The notes beneath the pieces are model-generated. The model was not told the DNA's origin, did not search any database, and saw nothing but the letters and a program-made list of their open reading frames with translations. 64,000 bases of DNA from Amphiscolops sp. MND2022. Lineage: Eukaryota. Shown here one piece after another: positions 12,101 to 21,760 of the stretch (positions are counted from its first letter, which is position 1; every line of letters starts with the position of its first letter). The stretch is from positions 43,712,001 to 43,776,000 of the forward strand of contig OZ076409.1 in NCBI GenBank assembly GCA_964187785.1. Reading direction: 5' to 3'. The position numbers were made by a program, and so were the translations under genes.

Positions 12101-12956
12101 CTGCCCTGAACTGATGTTGGAAGGTGACGATAAGTGTGCATTTGATTTGTTTTCTGAGCTGTATGATGGTCTGGTGAGGTGCGGCGCTTTATCTCGAGAA
12201 GAATGCATTGCTGCTGTGGATGAGTATAGTGCATACGTGATTGAGAAACGCAGGCAGCATAGTCGATTGGAGCGTTCTGCCAGTTCTATTACGGACATTC
12301 GCCGCTATTTGCTGGATGATTTTGGGTTCCAGTCACGACGACATGTACTTCGTGTCTTCAAGTTGTGTTGTCTGCTTGTTGGTGAGCCCAACCGTGTTAG
12401 TCCTCCGTTTACTCTTGATCTGTCGAGTTGTAAACAGGCTGAAGGAAGTGTTCTTCTGTGTTGCAGAGTTGTTCAATCGTATGTTTTGAGCGACGGTTAT
12501 TCTCCGCAGTCAATGTTTACTGAGTCGTCTATGGGCCTAATTCGAGATGCTGTTTCTGATGCTGGGCTATTCTATATTGGCTCTGATTTTAATGTGTGGA
12601 AAGATCTGTGTGATGCTGGCGTGGACTCGTTTATTGCAGCTTTTTGCGAGCTGTATCAAGAATTTTTAGTAAAGCGACGTCAATCCAGTGATGAGCATTA
12701 TACCGAGTGTAATCGGGTCAATCGTTTGTCTCGGGCAGAGCAGGGGTCTCGTAGCAGTTCCGTTGTGCAGAGTAGTTCTAGTTCTGCTAGTGGAAAAGGG
12801 AAAAGTGGTGGAAGTAAAGTTAGTGAAAAGAGCACTGATGGGAAGCAAGTCGGGAAAACGAAAAAGGCTAAAGTTCAAGCTGGTGGCAGTAAAACGACTC
12901 CGAAGAAGAAGTCGAAGAAAGACACTGATCCTCCCGTACATCATCATGTCAAGTAA
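9132..12956 (+). CDS. Six-exon antisense gene inside element A; ~1070-aa zinc-finger protein, possibly derived from a hAT-like transposase
   Basis: Exons 9132-9258, 9370-9834, 9994-10125, 10233-10807, 10938-11558, 11664-12956. All introns are GT-AG, with phases 1,1,1,0,0, giving 3213 nt open. Contains CRVC-x16-HFASDGH. Confidence 0.75.
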
Positions 12957-13102
12957 CTTGTGTTGTGACAATTTGTAGACTTTTATTATGTTTTGATGAT
13001 TCTGAAGGAACTATAATTTTGGCTTTGTTGCTGTTCTTTTTAGTTTAGATGATAATTTTACGTAGCTACTCCGGTTCGGTTTAGCCTGTTGATTGTTTTC
13101 AT

Positions 13103-14779
13103 TTAGTTTTGATTTTGACGTAGATCGTCCGTGGTAGCTGAGTCTAGCATTCTGAAGTCAGGATCCACGTTGGGTCTCGGATTAGGTCTCAAATTGTATC
13201 GTCCCACTTTTCTAGGATTGTATCCAACGACTATAGGCGGTAATTCGGGTGTTTTGGGAGGGCTGTGTATCGGTGGTGGGGTCAAAATATATGGGTTATC
13301 GCTGACATCTAGGTCAAATGACGTTATATTGTCGGAAGGTGCTTTATCTTCTGCAGTATTTTCATTTGTGGCTGTTTGAGCCACGTCGTTTTCCGTTGTA
13401 GCTTCGTCTGTGGTTGTTTTAACCACGTCATTTTCCACTGTACTTTCTTTGGTGGTTGTTTTAACCACATCATTTTCCGTTGTAATTTCGTCGCGTCCTG
13501 TTGTGTCTGTGATTTCTGTAACTGTGGCTTCTTCTGCGGCGTTTTCGGTATTGTTTCCGAACAGAACTTCTCCGAATTCGGTTTCCCAAGCTTGCGCGTA
13601 CCAATCATTGTGGGTTGTTTTAACCTCTGGGTCTGGAAGATAATCTTCCCTTCTGACTGTTACGTCAGGTACTCGCTGATTGGGCGCATATAGCCTTAGG
13701 CGAATTCTGTGGAGGGTTTGGGTATACCTAGTTCCCGTGCGGCGTACGACGTAGTTGTTGTTCGAGAGTACTTTGACTACTATGTAGGGTCCAGTCCAAA
13801 TGCAATCTTTAAAGGCGAATTTCATCGACTGGTTGTCTGCCTTCGGATTGAGGACGTAGCAGTAGTCATTGACTTTGAGCGGTGTAGCTGTTGCTTTCTT
13901 GTCATAGTACTGTTTGTATTTGAGGTAGGATTGCATTAGGTTCTCTTTGGCAGCTTGGTGTATTTCGGCTATTTGTTTCTGTAATTGATCCAATAGTTCT
14001 TCGTTGCTATCTTTTTCCCATTTAGGTTTCAGTCCAAGTTTTATGTCCAAAATGTTGTACGGGATGCGTCCGTGAAACACTGTTGTAGGTTCACAACCTA
14101 GGCTTTCATGGTAACTTGTATTGTAATTCATGACTGCAATCTGGACGTATTTGTGCCACATGGAACGCCGTTCTCCCGTTGATATCTTTAAAGAAGTTTT
14201 TAAAGAAGCATGAGTCCTTTCTAGGATGCCAATTGTTTGGGCGTGTTTTGTCGATGCGTGGCTTATCCGTATATCCAATGTTTGTGCTATGTGGTTGACT
14301 ACTTCTGATCTGAATTGTGATCCTTTATCTGTTAGAATGACGGACGGTAGATAGCAGTGTCGTGTCATGACGTCTATTATGCATCGTGCGACTGTTTTTG
14401 CTGTCATGTCCTGTGTCGGGTAAGCGAAAAGGTAACGCGAAAAAACATCCATCATCGTTATGATGTGTTGGTATCCATTTGAGGAAGGTAGATTTGGTAA
14501 GATGTCTACTTCTAGGCAGTCTTCTGGTCCCATTGTGAACTCAGTGTTGCTTAGCATTTTTGGGCGTATTTGTCTTGTGTCAATTCTTTTATTGGCAATG
14601 CAGTCTTGACAGCTGGTTACCCAAGCTCTGATTTTACGTGCAAGACCCGGGAAGTAGTATTTCGCTCTGCATTCTTGTATCATTTTTGTGATTCCTGGGT
14701 GTTTATTTGTTTTTCCATGTAGAGTGGCCAAGAGTTCTGGGACTAGGTGTTTCGGAATTATAATTTGATTATGGGTGAC
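13103..14779 (-). CDS. pol: Integrase part of pol, element A (cut off from RT/RH by one in-frame TGA)
   Basis: HHCC (LHGKTNKHPG...CQDC), DDE core (EVDIL, TDKGSQF, ERTH), WTGPY module, 14-aa repeats and RYNLRP tail. Same frame as upstream pol. Confidence 0.9.
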   Translation of the reverse strand, partial: VTHNQIIIPKHLVPELLATLHGKTNKHPGITKMIQECRAKYYFPGLARKIRAWVTSCQDCIANKRIDTRQIRPKMLSNTEFTMGPEDCLEVDILPNLPSSNGYQHIITMMDVFSRYLFAYPTQDMTAKTVARCIIDVMTRHCYLPSVILTDKGSQFRSEVVNHIAQTLDIRISHASTKHAQTIGILERTHASLKTSLKISTGERRSMWHKYVQIAVMNYNTSYHESLGCEPTTVFHGRIPYNILDIKLGLKPKWEKDSNEELLDQLQKQIAEIHQAAKENLMQSYLKYKQYYDKKATATPLKVNDYCYVLNPKADNQSMKFAFKDCIWTGPYIVVKVLSNNNYVVRRTGTRYTQTLHRIRLRLYAPNQRVPDVTVRREDYLPDPEVKTTHNDWYAQAWETEFGEVLFGNNTENAAEEATVTEITDTTGRDEITTENDVVKTTTKESTVENDVVKTTTDEATTENDVAQTATNENTAEDKAPSDNITSFDLDVSDNPYILTPPPIHSPPKTPELPPIVVGYNPRKVGRYNLRPNPRPNVDPDFRMLDSATTDDLRQNQN

Positions 14780-17700
14780 TCATCCGTCTTCTCCGTAGTA
14801 TTTCCGCATCAGAACTCCATCTTTCATTATGATTCTTTCTTCGTGGCGTAATAGGTTTCGTCCTCGTGGTTCAGTTTTGAGAAGGTGTTTGCCATATTCT
14901 TCGTGTGAGATCCGTTGTTTCAGTGCTTTGAGGAGAGGGTCTGCATCTTGCTCGTTTCTGATCCGTGCATTTTCCTTGATTGCACCGAAGGAGTAGACTG
15001 CGGAGTTGAGTGGTATCTTGATGACTTCGGTTACTTTTGTTGATAGTTCTCTCTCATGTTCGTCTAGGGCGCGTCGCTTGCTGAGTGCTTTTCGGGCAAA
15101 GATTTCTTGTTCAGATTCATCTTCGTCATCAGGTAGGAAGAAAAGTTGTTCTTCGTCAGCTACATCTGATGATTGTAGATTGACCTCAATTGGGGACGTT
15201 AGGATGTCGTCTCGTAGTTTAAGTTGGACCTTTTCTTTCGGTGTAAGTTCAAGTCTTGAAAGAAAATCTGCTGCTGTGTTTTGGGAGCCTGCTACGTGCA
15301 TAATTCGAAACTTGAACTGTAATACATAGTGGCAGGCATTCCAGAGTGCAGGGGGTGTCGTTTTGGTCTGGAAGAATCTCGTTACTGAGCGGTTGTCTGT
15401 TAAGACCAGGGTTGGAATTGTTGCTTCCCATAGTATGTGGCTGTATTCGAGGAATGCATGGTAGATTGCTAAGAATTCCTTGCAGTAGATAGACATTTTC
15501 AGTTGTGCAGGTGAAAAAACTCGTGATCCGAACGCTACTGGTGCGAAGGTTTTCCGTTTGGAGAGTATTTTGCGTTCATCGTTCTCCTCAATCATGAGGG
15601 CGTAGCCTGACGCACGAAAGCTTGCGTCCGTCATTAGAACGTACTGTTTTCCTGCTATAGGCTGTCTTAGTGCGAGTCCACAAGCTTCCGCTAAACTGGC
15701 GTTGATTTCCTTAAAGTTATCGACAAGTTCTTCTGAAATTCTGATCTTGGAGTCTGCTTTAAGAAGTTCGTACATGCCGATGAGTTTTTCTGATAAGCGC
15801 GGTATGTAGTTGCGGTAATAGTTAACAAAGCCAATGTATTTTTGAACTTGTTTTTTGGATTTGGGGAAGCGTACTTTGGAGAGGAAATTTTTGACTTTTT
15901 GATCTTGCGGGGCTACTCCGTCGGGGGTGATGGTTCGGCCAAGAAATTCGATTTGGGTTACTCCAAAATGACATTTTTCGATGGTTAGTTTTAGTCCTGC
16001 TTTCCTAATGCATTTGAAGACTGCTCTGATGTTTTTTATGAGCTGTTCCGTTGTGTTTGCGGCAATGCCAATGTCATCTACGTATTGTGCACATTGGTCG
16101 GCTTTGATGACTGAGTCCAGATACTCACGCATGAAGCTCGAAAAAGCTGATAGGGCTCTGCTTAGTCCTTGTGCCAGGCGACGGTAGGCGAACGTCCTAC
16201 TAGCAAAATTAAAAGCGAGTAACTCTACTGACCTTTGGTCTGCCATTTGAAGGCAGTGATACGCCTGGGAGCAGTCAAGCTTGCAGAATAGTTTTTTTCC
16301 TGCTAGGTGTTGTGCCGCATCTGAGAGGGTGCTGACAGGGTGGTTGTTGTTGATGTAGTCATCTGCTATGAGTGCGTTGATTTTGCGCATATCCACCAGT
16401 AGTCTCAGTTTGCCGTTGGGTTTCCGTTGTGCAAATATAGGACTGGCGTACTTGGAGAAGGGGAGTGTCGTGATGATACCGTATCGGTGCATGAGGGCCA
16501 GTTCTACAGTCAGATCTTCTTTGAGGTTGATGGGTACGGGTAGGCTTTGCGTGTAGACTGGTTTGTCGTCTTGTGGTGTTAGGCTGACTTTGAATTGTGT
16601 ATTCATTCCTATGTCTAGCCGGTGTCGAGCGAAGATGTCATTAAATTCGACAATGGTGTCCTCAAGGTTTTCACGGTCTTTGCCCGCAATTAGTGAATCT
16701 GTCCATTTGAACATGGATAGGAATTTGTTGCGGGATTCTTCGCTTTCGGTTGGGTCGAGTTTTTCTAGTTCGGCAAGGTCTCGCAATTCTTTCAAGATGC
16801 GCTTTTGTATGGGCGAATGTTCCTGTTCGTTGCCGGGGTGTTCTGGGGTCGGAAACCAGAATTTCTCTTCATTGTCGTCGGGCCGCTCTACTTGCATTAG
16901 TGCATTGATGTAAGTGACCACATCGTCATGGTCAGTGAGGAGGTTTAGGGCGGCTATGTCAACTGAGCGGATCATCTTCGTTTCTTCGGGTTTCAGGATT
17001 TGCAGTTCTGCCATTTTGGTATTGGTGGCTATTGTGTATGGAAAATCCGTAGTGTTGGCGATTTTAATTGGTATCTTTTTGTCTCTGGCTGTGGTAATCG
17101 CTGGAGCTACTATTACCTTCGCGCATTCATCGAATTGTGGTAGGGGTTGTATAGTGCCCGTTATTGGGTGTTCAATACTCACAGGGATTGTTGCGTAGAT
17201 GACTCGGGTAGAGTGCGCTGGGATTGTATGCTTGGCTTCGGTCTTTATCGTGATGGGTTTGGGATTGCACTTTTGTCTTTCGTCTGTGAGCGCCATCGTG
17301 ATTTGGATCTTGGGAAAGTCGATGGTTCCCTGTGCCGTGTCAAGGATTGCGGCATGCTTACGTAGAAACGCTAATCCAATTATGGGGAATGACGTTTGAT
17401 TCATGATGATGAATGTTTCTTCAAAAGTGTAATCCCCTATTTTGAAGCGTAGGGTGTACGTGGCAAGTGGTTGTTCTAATTCGGCATTGGCATACTGCAC
17501 TTTGAAAGGGGGTGGGGGTGCCTTATTGACGATGCACTGTCTAGCGTGCTGTCGGAGTTTTTCAACGTCCCTTTCACTAATGGCGTTAATGTACGCACCT
17601 GAGTCGACTAAAGCGTCGATTTTGACCGTGTTGAATTCGACTGGAAGGAAGAGCATTCGTTTTTTCTTGAGCGCGATGGAAGACATTAACGGAATGTAAT

Positions 17701-18397
17701 CGTCATCTTTGTCGTGTTGGATGAATTCTTTGATGGCGTCTAGATCTTCAGGCAGTTTTGAGGGACATTCCGAGATTTCTACGTCGTCGTCCATCAGGGC
17801 TGTGACTGGCGCAGTTTTTGGAGGGGTTGCTGGGGAATCAACATTGTCTCGTTTACGTCTTTCTTGATGTGCCCATATTGTTTTATCTTCAATGCAGATT
17901 ATATTTTCTGCGTCTATTGGTGTGGACGTGATGGTGACGGGTACTGTTGGGGTTGGTGTTGTGCTTTTGAGGATCGGTGACGGCGGTGATGGTAGGTTTG
18001 TGATCCCTGTGGATTGCGCTTGAGGGTTTGAGACTTGGATTTTGAAGGAGAGTTTGTTGGTATCATAGATGGTTGGTTCATCCCAAGGGTCACATCTGTA
18101 GTCTCTGTCATATATATAAATTCGGTCTGTTTTTGATTCCGGCAACGGTCTTTTGAGTGTCGCATAGTTATCGGGCGATTCTGTTATCCACTGGGGTAGT
18201 GGCGTTGGATCTTCTGGGTGTCTGGCGTTATGCCTGAGTATCATGCCTACGTTCCAACGGCGTTGCCAGTCTTGAGTTGGTTCTTCATTACATTCGGTTA
18301 AAAAATCTTCTTCATACCTGTTTGGGGGGTCCTCTATCGTGTACGCCCTCGCGTCTACTTTTTCCCCAAATCGTAGGCGCGGCGACTTTAGTTTTTT
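14780..18397 (-). CDS. pol: Pol (protease, RT, RNase H) of element A, expressed via -1 frameshift
   Basis: ALVDSGA protease, QYVDD RT, TDAS and ADFLSR RNase H. The frame is open from the slippery site at 18397 to TGA at 14782-14780. Confidence 0.92.
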   Translation of the reverse strand, partial: KKLKSPRLRFGEKVDARAYTIEDPPNRYEEDFLTECNEEPTQDWQRRWNVGMILRHNARHPEDPTPLPQWITESPDNYATLKRPLPESKTDRIYIYDRDYRCDPWDEPTIYDTNKLSFKIQVSNPQAQSTGITNLPSPPSPILKSTTPTPTVPVTITSTPIDAENIICIEDKTIWAHQERRKRDNVDSPATPPKTAPVTALMDDDVEISECPSKLPEDLDAIKEFIQHDKDDDYIPLMSSIALKKKRMLFLPVEFNTVKIDALVDSGAYINAISERDVEKLRQHARQCIVNKAPPPPFKVQYANAELEQPLATYTLRFKIGDYTFEETFIIMNQTSFPIIGLAFLRKHAAILDTAQGTIDFPKIQITMALTDERQKCNPKPITIKTEAKHTIPAHSTRVIYATIPVSIEHPITGTIQPLPQFDECAKVIVAPAITTARDKKIPIKIANTTDFPYTIATNTKMAELQILKPEETKMIRSVDIAALNLLTDHDDVVTYINALMQVERPDDNEEKFWFPTPEHPGNEQEHSPIQKRILKELRDLAELEKLDPTESEESRNKFLSMFKWTDSLIAGKDRENLEDTIVEFNDIFARHRLDIGMNTQFKVSLTPQDDKPVYTQSLPVPINLKEDLTVELALMHRYGIITTLPFSKYASPIFAQRKPNGKLRLLVDMRKINALIADDYINNNHPVSTLSDAAQHLAGKKLFCKLDCSQAYHCLQMADQRSVELLAFNFASRTFAYRRLAQGLSRALSAFSSFMREYLDSVIKADQCAQYVDDIGIAANTTEQLIKNIRAVFKCIRKAGLKLTIEKCHFGVTQIEFLGRTITPDGVAPQDQKVKNFLSKVRFPKSKKQVQKYIGFVNYYRNYIPRLSEKLIGMYELLKADSKIRISEELVDNFKEINASLAEACGLALRQPIAGKQYVLMTDASFRASGYALMIEENDERKILSKRKTFAPVAFGSRVFSPAQLKMSIYCKEFLAIYHAFLEYSHILWEATIPTLVLTDNRSVTRFFQTKTTPPALWNACHYVLQFKFRIMHVAGSQNTAADFLSRLELTPKEKVQLKLRDDILTSPIEVNLQSSDVADEEQLFFLPDDEDESEQEIFARKALSKRRALDEHERELSTKVTEVIKIPLNSAVYSFGAIKENARIRNEQDADPLLKALKQRISHEEYGKHLLKTEPRGRNLLRHEERIIMKDGVLMRKYYGEDG
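18340..18397 (-). promoter_or_regulatory. -1 programmed ribosomal frameshift signal (A AAA AAC plus stem-loop)
   Basis: CCA AAA AAC TAA ends gag. The -1 frame runs without a stop into MILRHN of pol. A downstream cgcgcctac...gtagacgcg hairpin follows. Confidence 0.8.
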
Positions 18398-19797
18398 GGC
18401 TGAGAGGACGTGGTAGGTACAGGTTGTTCACTGATTTTGTTGGTTGGAATGGTGAATTCTCGTTTCTTCTTTCTGGGGTCATTTACTGCATTGGCTCCGT
18501 TCCAACAATTCTCAGTTTTGTGCATCTTGCCACATGTATCACACTTGGGTTTGGGTGCTTCGTTTTGGGCTGGGTCTTTTGTGTTTGTTTTGGCGGTATT
18601 GTAACGTTCTCGTTGAAGTTTGCGACACTGTGCTTTGTAGTGGCCATATTTGCCACAGTGAAAACAATGGCCTCGTTGTTGTTGGTCTTTTTTATCGTCC
18701 GTCACTACAGCGTCCACTGTGTTGAGTGGGACTAGGATTGTTTCATCGGGCGCACCTAGTCCGTTTAATCTCATTTCCCTCTCAAGATGTAAAACTATGT
18801 CAATGTAGGGTTTATCTTCCAAATATGCTCTGTTGAGGATCTTTTTGACGTGATCCGGCATTTTGGCGTAGATTGCTTTATCAATGAATTTTTGTGCTTC
18901 TGAGCCGAATGCTTCTTTTGCAGTTTTTTGCAGGGCGTCAAGGAACTCATGGAGTTTCTGTTTACTGGGGTCAAAATGCAGGGCGTCCCACTCACATCTC
19001 GCTTTAGCGGATGATTGGAAATCACCAAAGCGGCGTTTAAATGCCGTTATGACTTCTTCTAGGTTGTCTTTTTTGGTGTCATCTAGATTACAATACGCTT
19101 GTAGTGCGTTTCCTCGTAGGAGTGAATGGAAGTAGTTGATCTTTTGTATCTCGGTTAGGTGAGGATACATTTTGATATTGTTTCGGAATAGGTCCTCAAA
19201 AAGTTCAAACTTTTCGGACTTACCATCGAAAACTGGGAGCGAAGCAGTGAGTGCTTTCGGCATCGGAAGTAGATTGGTTGATGGGAATGTCTGTGGTTGT
19301 GGCGCGAACAGGATCTTTGATGTGGAGGGACGGTCTTTTTGTTGTTCGTTGAGTATACGTTGCGTTTTCGGTCTTTTCGTGGGTTGGTTGGTAGAGTCAT
19401 TGAGGACTCCTGTCACCATGTTACGACTATTCATCGGAGTTGTTTTAGAACTAGTCGCAGTTTGTGTCTTGACTGGGGTGGACGTTCTCGTTACGGAGAT
19501 GTTTTCTTGGTCAGAATCAGAATCTTGTATGTTCGAACTAACTGAGCGTTTCTTGCACGCAGGTGCTATTAATTTAAGCATTTCTTTTTGATTTTCGACG
19601 AGTACTTTCGTCAAGTCAGACATAATCTCTTTCCTTAGAGTTGTCTTTAATTCTTCTAAATCCTCAGGCTCAAGTCTAGGGTTTTTACTAGAACTAGCTA
19701 TCAGGTTTTCAGTAGAATTGTTCTCAGTTAAAGAAGCTTCGAAATCTCCTGACACTAACTCAGCTACAGCTTTCCTCTTCTGGCTTCTGGTAGTCAT
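18388..19797 (-). CDS. gag: Gag of element A, 469 aa
   Basis: LPVFDGK capsid-like region; knuckles CFHCGKYGHYKAQC and CDTCGKMHKTENC. Confidence 0.9.
   Translation of the reverse strand: MTTRSQKRKAVAELVSGDFEASLTENNSTENLIASSSKNPRLEPEDLEELKTTLRKEIMSDLTKVLVENQKEMLKLIAPACKKRSVSSNIQDSDSDQENISVTRTSTPVKTQTATSSKTTPMNSRNMVTGVLNDSTNQPTKRPKTQRILNEQQKDRPSTSKILFAPQPQTFPSTNLLPMPKALTASLPVFDGKSEKFELFEDLFRNNIKMYPHLTEIQKINYFHSLLRGNALQAYCNLDDTKKDNLEEVITAFKRRFGDFQSSAKARCEWDALHFDPSKQKLHEFLDALQKTAKEAFGSEAQKFIDKAIYAKMPDHVKKILNRAYLEDKPYIDIVLHLEREMRLNGLGAPDETILVPLNTVDAVVTDDKKDQQQRGHCFHCGKYGHYKAQCRKLQRERYNTAKTNTKDPAQNEAPKPKCDTCGKMHKTENCWNGANAVNDPRKKKREFTIPTNKISEQPVPTTSSQPKN
19406..19418 (-). promoter_or_regulatory. 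Primer binding site of element A (TGGTGACAGGAGT, tRNA-Leu-like)
   Basis: Directly follows the LTR-terminal CA. One mismatch to the recalled tRNA-Leu PBS TGGTGTCAGGAGT. Confidence 0.7.
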
Positions 19798-21560
19798 TTT
19801 TTAATGTTAGAAAACGATTCTTCGGCAATAGGTGAATTCTTCGAAGATGATTTTGTTCAACGTTGAAACAACGAAACAGTTTAAGTTTATTACAACTTGC
19901 AAACACAACTAACTAACTTTACATGCCTCGTCTAAGTATATATACCTTCTTAGCGTCATTTGTTCCTCATCTAAAAATTCCTAGGAATCGCAAAAATCAG
20001 GTTTGTTCATCAAAAAACTCTAATGATTCAGATTATTTCAACTCGGCGTCATAAATTCAGGTATTGAGATTCCTAGTTGCGTCACTATTCCGTAAAACCT
20101 TGTTGAAATCATTTTTGTTCAGGTAACCCATTTCCTGTTTGAACTTCAAAATTGCGGCAAAATAGAAGTCTAGCTTACATTTTCATCAGCGTAGGCACGC
20201 CGGCGTGATCAATTAGTCAGCGTTCAAGTTGGGAAATTGAGATTCGAAGCAAAAGAATGACTCGCAAAAATTGTAGCGAAATTGAAACGAGGCAAAAGGA
20301 ACTTTGGACTAAGGATATTTGAATATTATTGAGGAACAAGCAACGCTAAGAAAAAACATAATGATGATTAATCGGTTAATTTTGTAAACTGAACAACTGC
20401 ACCAACAGTAAACTCAACTTTGACCTATACGTGGCCATAACGTAACAAGTACGAATTGCAAAGTACAAATAGATAGGAAAAATACATTTGCAGGCAATAA
20501 TTATTCTGCACTCGATTGGACTTCGTATATGAATAAATAGAGCAGACATCCCGCAACAATAGCACTTGGTTTGGGTTTCGACGTTGACCTTACGTTACGT
20601 TCTGTGAAACATTTTAATGATAAACAACTAATCACTGAATACATAAAACTCTTAATGTAACGTAAGGCATACGTGATTCGAGAAACTGTTGTAATAGCAT
20701 CGTTACTCTTCGATCATTGTTTTAGCCCCTTTTTACAGTACAACCTTTTACATGTGGACTTGTTTCCAGAACCCTTTAAGTGCGTCGATTCAGAAAAATC
20801 CTTATTTGATTTCGGTTTAAACTAATGCTTCATCGCTATTATATTACGAATTGTTCCGTACGTATTAAGATTGGTTATAGCTGAGCGGCGGAATACAATT
20901 TTACAATCCGCTCCGTAGCTGCCCCGTACGTATTAAGATTGCTCATAGCTTAGCTGTCGGACCAAGCGGAGAGAAAGCGGAGTGCGTAGGTGAATTCATT
21001 CTCTTTCTCTTATTCCGATTGGTGTTGCTAGGGGCAACCGAAAATAATTCTATTCGACTTAGCTGAGAATAGTTCTATCAATAGAGTGACGTTATTGGTC
21101 CGTAGAAGCAAAATTCCTAATATTAGCTCAGTAGATTGACGTTGCCATAGCGTTGTAAATATTTGCCTAAATCACTTGGCTGTGCTTTAAGCGAATATTG
21201 ACAACTACTTCATCTCTGGAAAACAATTCCGCTCTATTATTTGTCTGTTCTTTTTCATTTTAGATTGTATGAATTCCGTTGGGATCTCGGAATTGAATTT
21301 TATTTTAATGTTTTCATTTTAGTGTGGACCAGTGGAAAGAATGATCCCAATTATAAATGTTCATTTTAGTGTTTAGATTAGTATGGCAGAAAATCAGAAA
21401 ATCATACCGGAAATGAAAAATCTTATCACGCGTGGAGAATATTTAACCGGAAGTTTTAGCTAAAAATCATTTCTGAAAAATGTTCCGTAACGTTTACGTT
21501 AGGTTTTGTATTCGGAAAATTATCTGCAATCGATTTAGCTGTACTGTAAGTAGAATTTAG
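19419..21560 (-). repeat. 5' LTR of element A, truncated by the assembly gap
   Basis: Direct repeat of 5512-7653; followed by the PBS. Confidence 0.88.
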
Positions 21561-21760
21561 NNNNNNNNNNNNNNNNNNNNNNNNNNNNNNNNNNNNNNNN
21601 NNNNNNNNNNNNNNNNNNNNNNNNNNNNNNNNNNNNNNNNNNNNNNNNNNNNNNNNNNNNNNNNNNNNNNNNNNNNNNNNNNNNNNNNNNNNNNNNNNNN
21701 NNNNNNNNNNNNNNNNNNNNNNNNNNNNNNNNNNNNNNNNNNNNNNNNNNNNNNNNNNNN
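21561..21760. other. Assembly gap (200 N)
   Basis: Run of n. Confidence 1.

Larger units (their letters stand above)
5512..21560 (-). mobile_element. Ty3/Gypsy LTR retrotransposon A (>=16 kb) with accessory genes; 5' end lost in the gap
   Basis: Direct repeats 5512-7653 and 19419-21560, a PBS, gag with CCHC, and pol in PR-RT-RH-IN order. Confidence 0.92.

Noticed and set aside
7666..12956. env gene in element A
   Set aside because: No signal peptide, furin site or transmembrane anchor in either accessory protein.
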